A model generated the notes under the pieces. The model was not told the origin of the DNA. It did not search any database and saw nothing but the letters and a program-made list of their open reading frames with translations. From contig OZ024743.1 of assembly GCA_964016885.1 (NCBI GenBank), forward strand, positions 103,850,001 through 103,914,000: a stretch of DNA of 64,000 nt, read 5' to 3'. Source of the stretch: Eledone cirrhosa. Its lineage: Eukaryota. A program made the position numbers and the translations under genes. Of this stretch, positions 13,825 through 28,400 are shown piece by piece; position 1 is the stretch's first letter; every line of letters begins with the position of its first letter.

Positions 13825-13948
13825 CGTGAACCGACAATTCCGCGCAGGACAACTCAGCGCAACGACAATTTAACGCAACGACAATTCAGCGCATGACAAT
13901 TTAGCGCAAGGACAATTCAGCGCAAGGACAATGCAAAACGATATATAA

Positions 13949-13990
<42 letters not shown>

Positions 13991-15310
13991 AAAAAGGAAA
14001 TAGAATGACTTCACTTGTGGTTCCAAATAATTTATTTTCTTCAAAAATCCAAAGGTTTACAATTTGAAATGTTTAAAGAGAGCTTGAAATGAAATTCTTA
14101 AGCAAAGTTTTTTCTTAAGAGAAATATGTGTAGGAATGGGGGAGTGTTGAAAGCGGTTGGTGGTAGTAGTGAGTTGAATAGCGAGTGGGGTGGGGTGGGG
14201 GGGAAATAAAAAAAATATATATACAGCAGGTGTGATGTGTTTTGGTCAATTTTAGAATTCTTTTGTTCAAGAAGAATGTTTTTAGAAGGTGTGTTTATGA
14301 GCAGCGCATTAGGGGTACAATTTGTTTGGGTCACTTAAGCTTGGATTCTTTTGTTCAAAAGAATGTGTCCCTAGCAATTTTTAGTACCAAATTTGTGTGT
14401 GTGTGATTTTGAAAAGGCATTCCAAAATGCATTTACAACCGTTTTTGAAAGCATGCAAATAAGTGGTTGCTTTTTTTACCTCGCTCAGAGCGTATGGAGG
14501 AAAATCCAGTATTTAAATCTTACTCAGCTTTATATAAGGGAAGAACATATTCGTGGATACTGTAAGATGTTAGTAGCATTAGCTTTTGTGCCAGTTGACG
14601 ATATTTGTGGAGTATTTGAATCTTTGCCAGATGTTATGCCTCAGGAATTGGAAGAATTAACAAATTATTTCGAAGATACATGGATTGGCCGCCCCTTCCG
14701 CCGTCATAGAAGGGATGCCATTTTTATACCCGAATTCTGGAGTATTTTTGATCGTGTTCGAGGAGACCTACCAAGGACCAACAATTCTTTAGAAGGGTGG
14801 CACCGAAGTCTTCAATTATCATTGGGTCATAACCACCCAACCATTTATAAGTTTGTAGAGTTTCTCAAACTAGAACAAGATATTGCAGAGAAAAGGATAT
14901 TAAGAACCAGAGCCGGACACGAGGATGTCTCCAAACAAGCAAAATATCAAAGGACTCATAAAGCGATAACGAGGTTAGTGACTGAGTATCGAAATCGAGC
15001 CGATAAGTTGGAGTACTTGTGCACTCTAAGTTACCAAATTGAACTACAGAAGTAAATTATTATTAATATTTCTATAAAAGTATTTTTTTGGTATTCATAT
15101 TTCTATAAATATATCTTATTTTAGTATGCTATTTCAATAAATCTTTTATTTTAATTATTGTCTGTCAATAAAATGTTTAAACTCAAAATCTAATTTCGTT
15201 ATTCCTTTTCTTCAATTGTCCTTGTATTTGCGCTGAATTGTCTTTGCGCTAAATTGTCATGCGCTGAATTGTCGGCGCTGAATTTTCCTGCGCGGAATTG
15301 TCGGTGTGCC
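13825..15310 (+). mobile_element. Internally deleted Mutator-like (MULE) DNA transposon
   Basis: TIRs ACCGACAATTCCGCGCAGGA built of GACAATTCAGCGCA sub-repeats at both ends. 9-bp TSD AAAAATAAT / AAAAATAAC (13816-13824 / 15311-15319). Confidence 0.88.
14393..15055 (+). pseudogene. MULE transposase C-terminal fragment
   Basis: CDFEKAFQNAF, GCFFYLAQSVWRKIQ, YFEDTWIG and PRTNNSLEGWH are MULE DDE-domain motifs. The N-terminal half is missing. Confidence 0.88.
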
Positions 15311-15718
15311 AAAAATAACAGGTCCATTCATGTTGATATGTCTTGGAAAACTGTTGATGCTGGCTGCTACCTGAAATGGAAAAAAAAAACGTTTTGTAAA
15401 AAGATCTATACTTGTGCGCGTGCGTATGCATGTGTGTGTGTGTGTTATACGTCCGTAAGAAGCTAAGAAGAAATGTGTGTGTATATGTAAATAAAAGAGT
15501 GAATGTGTGCTTGTAATACGAATCTATGAGCAAAAGTATTTTAATATAAGGGTCTGTATATGTGTATACAAAGCTGTGAAGTGAAAAGTGGAGTGTGCAT
15601 ATTTTTTCGGTCTGGATTAATTGTAAGAGAATATGTTTCTGGCCATAAGAGAGCCATGGGAATCGAGAGGTGAATGTACAAGCGCGTTTGTGTGATAATG
15701 GACGGGGTATTAAAGAAA

Positions 15719-16000
15719 TTAGGAAGGTGAGTTCAGTCCATGAGGGAAATAGGACCCAAGGCGGTAAATCAGACTCTGTTCAGTCCTGGTGCGCGAGGCC
15801 TGTGATTCATGATGCAAAGGGACACCCAGGACTGAGACATGTAGGGAAGAATGACCAGGAGAACGGAAATGACGAGCGACAGGAGTATCCAAACCGAGTC
15901 GTATGTCCTTCAAATGCTCAGCAAAACGGTCCGCCATACGGGGTCCCGTTTGTCCGATGTATTAAGACCCGCAAAGGGAACAACGGGAGGCATAGACAAC
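15719..16000 (-). pseudogene. Penelope-like GIY-YIG endonuclease fragment
   Basis: ADRFAEHLKDIR...PVARHF...RTEQSLIYRLGSYFPHGLN is the typical PLE C-terminus. It is on the same strand as the hammerhead at 13716, with the MULE inserted between them. Confidence 0.8.
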
Positions 16001-16489
16001 GTGTGTATGTGTGGATGTGACTGTGTGAGTTTGGAGAAGAACGAGGTTCCATGTTCGGGTAATAGGAAAACCAGTGTGTACATGGGGTGGGGTGTAAGTC
16101 GGTGTGTGTGTGCGTGTGCGTGTGGATGGAGAGGTGTCGGAGGGGTGGGGGAGAGGGAGCGTGTGGAGTCCGGAGGCCGAGTATCTGTATGTATTTTTGT
16201 GTGGTGTGGATACGTGTGAATGTATATATATTATATATTGTTTCTACTTTAGGCACAAGACCACCAATAATCTCAGTGCATTACTGGTACTTTATTATAT
16301 ATATATATAACTATATGGGAGTGCGTGTATATGTGTGCATGTACATGTGGATATATAGATTTATATATATGTAAACAACATGTTTTCATCTTGTACAAAA
16401 ATCCCTAGGGTTCTAATTGACATTGTATGTATATATATGTGTGTGTGTGTTTGTTTGTTTGGGTGTGTGTGTGTGTGTATACATATATA

Positions 16490-18023
16490 ATGAAGGAACC
16501 AGGTGGACCATAACGCACCAGAGTACTCGATACTTTAGCTAGTAGAGTGGATAATAGGAAAAGAGTCAGGACCCCGACGGCTGAGCTCCGGCCGTTTCGA
16601 CAGCTATTTCTGACAGTATTGTTAGCACAGCAGTAGTCTGGCTGAACTTATAAAGAGGTAATTCCATATATGGGCATGCACTCGTGTCAAACAATTCTCA
16701 AAGTTGTTTTTATCAGGGGAGTGGTCACAGTTTTTGTAAACACAGTTAAGTTCCTTCATAGCGGCGGGTGGAGGTGGAGGTGACTGAACTTGCCTGTAGA
16801 ACAAGGGGAGGAAGTAAGATGACAATCTGACCTGTGGATGTAGGCCGGTCATGCGTTAAGAGGAAATTCTATACAACTATCTCTAAAAGGGGTTAAGGAA
16901 CTTATGATGTATAAAGAAATCGTGGAATTAAGCGTTGGCTAGGAGGCAAAGCAAGTAGAATTTGATACAAAATTCCAAATTAATAAAATTTATAAAATGT
17001 AAGCAAATAGAATCTGATACAGAATTCCAAATTAATAAAATCTACAAAATTTAGTTATTAGTTCATCCGAAACACTAAATCATCGTCTCATAATGGTAAA
17101 TTATCAATAATATCGTCCGTAATGATGAATATAAAAAAAAGAGGAAACACCAGCTATATTTTCAGCCAATGCTATATAGATACAACAAGGGTGGAGATAT
17201 TAGGGTTAATCAAAGGAAGAATAACGTTGAAAATAAGCGATGGGCTGCCTAATTGTAAAGGAGTGTGCAACTAATGAAGAAAAAGGAAAGTAAGAAGAGA
17301 AGGTCGGGAAGAAAGTGAGAAAGAAGAAGAAAGAAAATTGTTATTTCTACCTAGGTGTGCTGGGGTTTCCTCCATCTTAGTCGGGAAATAGGAAAAAATC
17401 TTACAGCTGTTGTCTACCCAACCGGGTCATAAGGAGGTTTGAAGATAAGGTATGTCCTACGCATTCTGTGTTTACATGCGGTAACAAATTCATCTTTTTT
17501 GTTTAAGATTTGATCCTTTGTAAACAGCATTTGGATCGTTTCCTCCGAGCATAAATTACACGGACGGCGTCCTCCCGAATAAGAGATAGCCTTGGAAAGT
17601 ATGCTCCAGCTTAGATGGTAGGTGATGTTATTGTCTTGGAGGTCCCAAATATGGCCCGAAGGTGCTGTTGCGTGTCGCCGGGCCGGGTTTCGAAATGTAT
17701 GTCGGTGTTGGTAATACGCGGTCTTAAAATCGCAGGCAGTTAATCCAATGTAGGCCTTGCTAGAGTTTTCCGTCCTCACATTGCACTGTTAGACCACGTT
17801 ATCGGCATTTGTTATTGAGGGGGCACGATGATCTATCCGGACAGTTACACCTCATAGTCTGCTCTCCACTAACATCAAGGTTATTTCTTCTGTTAGAGAG
17901 GAGTTTTTGTTTTTGTTTTTTTTTGTGCGATGTTGGGTGTAGTGCTGTAGGAAAGTTTGACGGTGTTCAGAACTACCTGTCGAAACGGCCGGAGCTCAAC
18001 CGTCGGGGTCCTGACTCTTTTCC

Positions 18024-18024
<1 letters not shown>
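16490..18024 (-). mobile_element. Penelope-like element 3' fragment (GIY-YIG ORF 17414-17779) with a short inverted terminal copy
   Basis: AYIGLTACDFKTAYYQHRHTF...CNLCSEE...LNKKDE. Segment 16553-16604 is repeated inverted at 17979-18024. Confidence 0.85.
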
Positions 18025-19196
<1,172 letters not shown>

Positions 19197-20519
19197 GCTT
19201 TTCTTTTGGCTCTCACTAGTTTTTGGTGCTCTGTGCCAGACAGGATCTTTGGTGATAATTTTATTTTCTATCTTAAGCGCACTAGTCTATATGATGTCGG
19301 TTTTCAGAAAATTCATCAAAATGTCTCTAATTTAGAGAGCCGCATGTCGTTGTGGGAAGTAGGGGGTGATCCTCTAACCTGTTTCTCTCCTCTCTTTTCT
19401 ATCTTTGTATGTGTTTAAACAAAGGCAGTTTGTTGTTGTTAAAGGCAAATCTACAGAATTCTTCTAAATGTAAGGCACTTTTGAATATTTGTCTGGTTGC
19501 TATTTTGCTACTATCTGATATGATAATATATTGTAACTGTTGGATTTTGAAGCCTAACTTTTGAATTAAAATATTGTTCGGAAAGATATTAATAAACAAA
19601 TACAATATTAAGACTTTATTTTTGTGAATTATTAATCATATATAATGCATATTGGTTTTTCTTCAATACGAGTTTTAGAAAATATATATATACACTAAAT
19701 ATAAACACAAATAGAGTCTCTGTGTCTAACTATGGCGAGTGGCAAAACCTATCTATTTCAGGCAATGAATATATATGTATTTTTTGTAATCACCATAAAG
19801 CAAGAAAAGAAAGCCACTACTAAGAAGGAAAAAGGATAAGACAGTGAGAACATAATTCAAACAAAAGGAAAATGACGTTTTATGTTGCTTTTGAATGTTT
19901 GCTAATTGTAGTGGTCAGGAAAGCAAGAAGCCGAAAGAGAATTCCATTGACGAGTTGTACGAGGAAAGAAACTATCAGAATAGAATGCGCGATTGCATTT
20001 AGGAACTTCAATGGTAAATGGATGAGATCTAGACGCCAAACTGGTGGTGGTAATGATGATGGTGGTGGCGGCGGTGGTGGTGGTGGTGGTAGTAGTGGTG
20101 TTGCTGGCGTTTGTGTGTGAGAGAGTACATTGTCTCTGTGAGTGTGAGTGAATGCATTGTCTGTGCTAGCCGTTTGGTGCTATATATCGAGGAATCGATA
20201 AACCAGTGCGTTCGAACAGAATTGCCATGCAGAATTGCTATGTGATATCTATTTTGCAGATGTTGCTCATACACTTCCTTACTACATGCATTATTTGCCT
20301 TTCATCCTTATGGGGTCGATAAAATAAAGTACCAGTAATACACTGGGTAATTGCTGGCCTTGTGCCAAAAGTAGAAACAATTATTGAAAAGCAATAAACC
20401 AGTGACTGTCCCATTGGAAACCTATAACATTATCAAGTTGCTATCTTGCAACTATCTGATAAGATTATCACCTTATTGTTCACTAAATATACAGGAGCTT
20501 CTTCGTTTCCGGCGTGGAG

Positions 20520-20780
20520 TGCTACAGTTGATTCAATGAACGGAACAGCCGGCTCGTGAAATTGGCATATGAGTTGCTGAGCATTCTCAAGTAGATTCAG
20601 CATTATACAGTGTGTGACAAAGCTGGTCTATTGAATTACAGATACAACTCGTTTTTGCTAGCTGGGTGGCAACGGGAAATAAAGAGTTTTGCACAAAGCC
20701 ACAACGCACCAGTCAGAAATTGAACCTACGACTTTATAATTATGATCCCAGCATCCTAACCATTAAGCCAAGTGTCTTCT
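20520..20780 (-). mobile_element. tRNA-derived SINE (family B), decayed; related pieces at ~21160-21385 and ~46500-46800
   Basis: Shared core CAATG..ACAGCC.GCTCGTGAAATT...GAATTACAG.TACA and a tRNA-like head near 20720-20775. Confidence 0.6.
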
Positions 20781-20832
20781 CTAAAGAAATGTACAAGATG
20801 AAACAATGAATTTCTTTTATCAAGTCTATGAC

Positions 20833-20865
<33 letters not shown>

Positions 20866-21703
20866 CCCATAACTCTTGGTGAAGTCGAAGGGGTGGCATA
20901 GTGGTATTCGGCGTCTCTTGGACATAGATATAGAGATATAGAGGAAGAATCGGCTCCAGTACTAAAGTGGGGCTTTTCTATCAACATCGAAAGGATGAAA
21001 GGCAAAGTTGATATTGGCGGGATTTGAACTCGGATCGTAGAGAGCCGAAACAAATGCTGCAAACATTCTATCCGACGTTCTAAAGACGTTTCCAATGACA
21101 CTACTAATAATGTGTAAGGAAAAAATGTATACCTTATCTTTAAGGGCCTGGGCTTAATTTAGGTTTCTGGGCGGTAAGTGCACGACAGATAAATATCCAC
21201 ATTCAATAGAATGGACCTTCGTCAGTTTCGACGACGAGTGTTCCAGTTATTTGATCAATGGGACAAACTGCTCGTGAAATTAACGTGCAAGTAGCAGTGC
21301 ATCCCTTAGAAACATGTATCCTTTAAAAACTTCTCAGGAAGATTCAGTGTGACAAGTGGTAACTTTGAATTACAGGTACAGTCCATCTGACAGACTTCAA
21401 ACACTTTCCAATCCAGTCGAGGTGGATATAAAAGTTACCAGTCCAATATTGGAATGGATTCTTCCTTTATATCGCTTTCTACCTCCTTCTCGAGAAAAAA
21501 CCCGGTTGTGTTCAGACCTGGAGAGGGATTGACTGCACCAGGTTTAAATTCCCCAAGACATCAGGAGATACGGGTTCATGCACGTACACAAATCGCCTTT
21601 AACATTTTCCGATGATCTAATATCTATTCTAGTTTGAATGATGAACTGAGCCAATAAAGAATAAAGCATTTTTTTCTTCTAATATAGTCGCCCTAATACA
21701 GAT

Positions 21704-24310
21704 ATCATCATCATCATCATCAACGTTTAACGTCCGTGTTCCACGCTTGCATGGGTTTGGACGGGGGTAGTCCCACTTGAGGCAAGAGTGATTGTCTTGC
21801 TCGCATAGGACTGTCTGGCAGGTTTTCTACAGTTGGATGCCCTTCCTAACACCAACCACATTTACAGTGTGGGTCTGGGAGGTTTTTACCGTGTTGCCTA
21901 CACGGCCACATTACAGCGTGGACTGTGTGTTTTTTTGTCGTGACACCTACACGATCTCACTTGTTTCGGCCTGGATGGCGCGGCACCAACATAACTTTAC
22001 ATAGAACGGGGTGGTGTGGATGGGGTGGGGGTGGTGGCGGGACGGGGTGTATTTTGTTAGAGATGCCTACTGGCAAGGCGGGTCTTCTCTGTTACTGAGT
22101 ACCGCCAAAGGTCTCGGTCCAGTGACATTGTCTTGGAGAGGTGTAAGTGTGTGAGGTCGGAGTCTATCAGCTCGTCCCAGGTTTTTCTAGGTCTGCCTAT
22201 TCCGTGGCTACCGTCTATCTTTATTGCCCTGCACTTTGTTATACAGCTATCGACTTTCATGCGCATCACGTGTCCATACCAACGTAGCCTTCTCTCGAGT
22301 AAACAACATCTGATCCCTCTTATCTCTAATTTTTTCCTTAGTTCGTTTATGCTTTGCCGTTCACGTATATTACTGTTACACATCCAGCGGAGCATGCAAG
22401 CTTCGTTCCTCTCTAGTCTGCGTATATCCTCTGCACACAATGCCCAGGTCTCACTGCCATGCAACATTGCTGTTCGTATGCAGGCATCGTACAACCTGCC
22501 TTTCATTTTTAGGGAGAACCCTTTAGCAGCTAATAGTGGTATAAGCTCTCTGAACTTTTTCCAACCAGTTCTGACTCTAGCTACAGTACTTTCAGAGCCC
22601 CCTCCCCCACTGCTGATTTTATCGCCCAGGTAACGGAAGCTGTCCACTATTTCTATAGAACCCTCTGCGCAATTGAAAGAGCTAGTATTTTGTGGGCACT
22701 TGCTGCTACTTATTGCACCAGAACACCGGCCACATGTAAAATCTATGTTCTTAGTTAGCTTACCTGTGATCCCACTACATCTTTTATGCACCCATACTTT
22801 GCATTTAGGACATAAAATGGAGTTTCTACCTACGCCTTTCCTACACACCGAGCACGACCATTTCCCAGAAGGGACCGCCGCCTTGTTTTCTTTCCTACAA
22901 ACTAGAACTTTGGTCTTAGCCAGGTTAATTTTAAGTCCTTTTGACTCTAGGCCGTGCTTCCATGTTTGGAATTTCTTCTCTAGCTCGGCCATTGATTCCG
23001 CTATGAGTGTCAGGTCGTCTGCGTATAGGAGTTCCCATGGGCAGCCTCTCTTGAACTCCTCTGTTATAGCCTGAAGGGCAATAATAAATAGTAGGGGGCT
23101 GAGAACAGAGCCCTGATGGACGCCTACTTTTACGCTAAACTCTTCACTATATTCGTTGTTAATTCTAACCTTGCTGACTGTTTCTTTATACATGGCTTGT
23201 ATAGCCCTCACAAGCCATTCGTCAACGCCTAGTTTTCTAAGAGCCCACCAGATAATGGAGCGGGGGACTCTGTCGAAGGCTTTCTCCAAGTCGACAAAAG
23301 CTAAATAGAGGGGTTTACCTTTAGCTAGGAACTTCTCCTGTAGTTGTCGTACTATGAAAAGAGCGTCTGTGGTACTTTTGCCTGACACAAACCCGAACTG
23401 CATTTCATCTAGGTCAATTCTCTCTCTGATTAGTTGCGCTATTACTTTTTCCGTGACCTTCATGACCTGGTCGATTAATTTAATGCCTCTATAGTTACTC
23501 CTATCTAGGGCGTCTCCTTTACCCTTATAACAGTTAACGATGATGCTGCTATGCCAGTCCTTCGGAACAACCCCATTCTGTACGACATGGTTAACTATGC
23601 GAGTGACCATGGTGTGCCCCACCGTGCCAGATGCCTTCAGCATCTCAGCAACTATTTCCGAAGGCCCAGCCGCCTTACCTGTCTTCATATCCTTGATTGC
23701 CTTACTTATTATACTCCCCTCGACTAACACTGCTGGTCCCTCTATTGGGTCGATATGGGGGAGACTGTCTTTCTCCCATTTATTCTCCTCATTTAGTAGC
23801 CTTTCATAGTGACACTTTCAAGCTACCTTCTTATCAGTGTCGGTGATGGCAAGTATGCCATCATCGTTAAGTACACACTTCTCCCCGACAATATCACGGT
23901 TTTCCTTGACGCATTGCCTAGCAATCCTGAACACCTCACGTTTTTGGTCATCGCGTTGTAGAACATGCTTGAACTTTCTTTCCTCAGCTTCCCTTCTTGC
24001 TAAGTACACTTCTCTCCTAGCTTCCCTCCTGGCCACTTGATAGTCTACTCTACTTCCCCCATCCCGCCATACTTTCCAAGCCTGCTTTTTGGCCTTAATT
24101 GACCCCTCCACCTTACTGTTCCACCACCATGTTACTCTCCTCCTGCCTACAGGCCTGCTCCAGCCACAGACTTCGTCTGTCGCCAACAGCAGGTTTGCTT
24201 TCAGAAATTCCCACTGTCCCTCTATATTGTCCGACTCTAAATGTTCTTCCTTACTGTCGAAAGCATCAAGTAATATGTTTTGAAATTTATTTTTGGCTGT
24301 GATTTTCAAA
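21704..24310 (-). mobile_element. RTE-clade LINE, 5'-truncated, with 3' UTR and (ATG)n tail
   Basis: RT ORF 22057-23730 (QFGF, FVDLEKAFD, GVHQGSVLSP, LYADD, FRYLG, RLRWYGHV, GRPRKTW), upstream piece 23818-24309, and (TCA)n tail at 21704-21722 on +. Confidence 0.93.
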
Positions 24311-25490
24311 TTTCAAATTTCCCAGTATTTCTTTTTAGAAATGCAATAAAATTCCCGCATAAGATTTGAGCAGCTGACTTATGAACAGTTAAATCAATAT
24401 TTTATACACTCGAGAATCCTGTCTACTACCTTTCCTGTGTTTCTTCATATTCATTGACTGATTTTTGTCTTGATAGTGTGTGAAGGAGGAATCTGAGATT
24501 TGCAGGCCATTGCTATCATATCTCAAATGAAGACTCTCCTTTAGTACTTTGGAGATCAACATCTGTTAAAAGGCAAAGAGATCTCAAACTCTCCTTTCCA
24601 GATGTCATAACCAGAAAGATTACGGTATTAATTATTCAGGATCTGTCAATAACCAAAGATCATAAGCTCTCGCAACCAGTTGTCAGAGCCAGAGAGATTC
24701 TGGTATTGATTATTCAGAATATAGGCATTGCAATGAGTGATAGACTTACTTGGAGAATTATCATTCAGTCTATTTAGGCTGAGGCTGCAGGTCGATGAAT
24801 TGTCTTGATAAAAGCTTTCGTAATTATACAAAAAATATTTTCTGACTATTATTCTGATACGTAAGTTTTCTAGTTATAGTCAAAATATTTACTGAGGAGG
24901 GTGGATTGGCAGAACCGTTGAGGTGGCAGACAAAATTCTTGACTACATTTAGTTACAACTTTATACGTTCTGAGTTCAAATCCTGGCAAGATCAACTTTG
25001 CCTTTCATCCGTTCTGGATGAAAGGCAAAGTTGATCTAATATAATGTATGTATTTATCATTGATAAATACATACATTATATTATTCCTAACGCAGTTAAT
25101 TAACTAACTAATCATACTAACACGCCTAACCATACTACACGACTAACTCAAACATTCACACTACACGACTTTACTACAAATACACACACACTAACACCAT
25201 CACCACAGCTCGCCACCCCATTTCCTCCTCTTGTGTTACCACATCTTTACCCTATACCACTTTAGTACTTTGTGCGCCAAACATACCCTCTCCTCTGGCC
25301 ACTTCCTGAAAGATCCCAGCTTTTACCACTACCCGCATGCTACTACGACCCAAAAAACTATAATTTTTTCAAAAAAAATCCAAAACACAGCTATTTGTAT
25401 ATGCGCTACAATTTATGTACATGTATGTAAAGATAGATAGGAGAGAGAGATACAGATATAGTGAGGGGAGATTTTGTGGTAATTGATATA

Positions 25491-28400
25491 AATTTCTATT
25501 TATTTGCCACCAGGGCATCAAAGATTGGGACAAATACAAAGGAGGGAGTTTACATACATTTAAAAAGACGTAAAAAACATATAACAAATTAAATTTAACA
25601 ATCGATGTCCTCAATAGGGAGAGGCGTTGACATGGGTCGCACACACCCCCGAAAAAAATGTGCAACCCTCCTCTTCAGGAGCACAAAGAGCGGGTGCTTT
25701 CTTCCTCTTCTCATTCTTCTTCTCTCTCACCTACAGGCTGATATAGAGAGAAGGCCCATTCACTCTGGCCATTCTCGCTACTTTCACCCATCCTTCATAA
25801 AACTTGCTGGGGTAGAGCATCTCTCTCTCCATTCTGATCCTTCTTCTAAAGTGGTACTTGAAAAAAAAGACCAGTTGTTGGCCGGAGAGAAAGGTGTCTG
25901 ACCTCAGCCCTTTCAACCTTGTCCACCATACAACTTCTTTCGCCATGGCTATCACACAAAGGAAAACCGCCTCTCCTTCGTTTTTGAAAGGGGGAGGCGG
26001 TTTGATCGTGACAATGTTCTCGGTGGTCAACCGGATTGGTCCCACCCGCGACAGTAGTCGTTCTACATAGCCCCACAGGTCAGCAACGTCCGGGCAGTGT
26101 ACGAATGCGTGTGCGACGGTTTCCTCGTCACGCACGCATCTTGGACAGATCTTCTTCGAGGGGTCCCTACCCGGGCGCCCGTGTCTGTAGAGCTTGTCCC
26201 GAACGGGTAGAGCTCCTCGGTAACATTGCCAAGCCAGGGACTTTTGGAAGTTGTCCATCGGTCCCGGGCCAAACGTCCTACCGAACAGACTGGCCAGCTC
26301 GTCTTCCTCCACGCCCAGAGCCTCTCCGAGAGCGTCGTCGCACTTACTGCGCACCAACCCTCTATAGAATGTTGAGGTTGAGTCTCCACTGGTTGCCGGA
26401 TCCGCTTGCCAGAGGGCGGTGAGCGCCTGGGCACATTCAATGTGCCAGTCGCCCACTTTTCTCGGTCTTTGCTTGACCCAGGATTGCAGCTCGGTGAGTG
26501 AGACGAGTCTCGGAAAGGCTCGCCTCACAAACAAGGTCCACACGGCTGACCGGTGAGGAATACCTGGAGGTGCCGTAGCCTTAATGCGTGTCTACGCATC
26601 GTCAGCCACGGCATCCCCAGCCCTCCGTTCGAAGGGTATTGACAGCAGATGGATCTTCTCACCAAAGGAGCCCGCTCCATTTTGGCGAGTGTTTTCTCTG
26701 GGCAAGGCACGACGGTCAAGCGGTAGTAGATGACGGACGCTATGTAAGCGTTCGCCACCTCCGCTCGACCTTTCAGGGATAGTTTGCACTCGGCCCACTT
26801 CTGGGCGAGTGCAAAGACCTTGCCCGTTACCTCGTCCCAGTTTTTCTCCACCTGGAGGTCCGGTCCGAACCAGACCCCGAGCAGCTTCACCAGTCCCTCC
26901 GTCCAGCGTCCGACGATGCCGTTGGAGGGCATCGTTTTGCCCCTCCACGTCCCGAGTTGCAAGCCGACGGACTTGTCCCGGTTCAGCTTGGCTCCTGTGA
27001 ACCTTTCATATTCCTCCAGTAAGGTGCCGATCTGCCCGATTTCCGAGGCGCACGACACCATTACTGTCACGTCATCGGCGTAGGCCGACACCGCTTTCCG
27101 CAATCCCGGTTCCAAGGGGATGCCCTGCAGTAGTGGCTCGAGAGCCAGCACATACAGGAGGGAGGAGAGAGGGCATCCCTGTCGAATGGATCGCGTGATT
27201 TGGAACGGCTCCGAGAGGTAGCCGTTCACCTTGACTCTCGAGCAGGTGTTGCTGCTGTGCATTGCAGCAATCCAGCCCCTGAAAACGGGTCCGAAGCCTG
27301 CCGCCGCGAGCACCGCATCCAGGTACCGATGCTCAACCCTATCGAACGCCTTAGATTGATCCAAGTTGATCAGGGCCCCACCAAAGCCGGGTTCGTTCCC
27401 TACCCTCTCTACGATGTATCGTATGAGGTGGAGGTTGTCGTGTATGGACCTGGACGGGATTGCGCATGTCTGCGCTTCTCCCACCAGGTTCCCGACGATA
27501 AGCGCCAACCTCTTCGCTAACACCTTGGCCAAAATCTTTAACTCTGTGTTTAGCAGAGTTATGGGCCTGAAGTTATCTATGTCATCCCCCTTGTTCTCGT
27601 CCTTCCTCACCAGCGTGACTACGCTCTTGGTCACAGAACTGGGAATTCTCCCGTTCTGTTGCCAGTTGCAGTAGACCGCCTCGAGGAGACCGGAGAACAA
27701 GCCCGGCATCGCTACATAAAGTTCGTATGGTAGACCATCGAGACCCGGAGATTTGCGTTTGCCGCATTGGCTCAGCGCTTCCCCTATTTCAGCGGCTGAA
27801 ATCGGCCTCTCGCAGGACTTCGCCTCCCCGTCCGAGAGCCGCGCCAGACCGTCGAGGTATGGACCGAAATCCATGGCCCCACCCGGCCCGCCGCCCCTCC
27901 CGAACAGTCGTGCAAAGCGCCGTTGAAAGGCCGCGCTCAGGTTCAAGGATCACGCGTCCATCCTGGTCCTTCAAAGACCGAATCGTGGACTTGTTTCCAC
28001 TCTTTGCCTCTCTCACTCGGGCCCAGCTAACAGCTTTGGCTCCCTCGTTACCCAGAGCACGTATTTTACTCCTGACAACGCAGCCCTCGTGCTTCGCATC
28101 AAAGAACTGGTCTAGGGCCGTTCTTGACGCCAGCACGCCGGCCACGTTGCCACTCCTAATTGCCTCTTCTACTCTATTTGTTAATTCCCTTTTAAGTTCT
28201 ATTCCTATCTGATGCTAATTCCCGACTAAAACCTATCGATTCTATTCTAATTTCTCTCTTGAGAGAGCCCCACCACCTGTTGTTGACAATTGCCCCCGTC
28301 AAACGCTGCTTAACTAGTGTGCTAATACGCTTACTGTAAGCTTTGTTTGTCGGTAAAGACAAGTTTAGCTTCCAGTAACCGGGTCCCTGTCTATGAGTTC

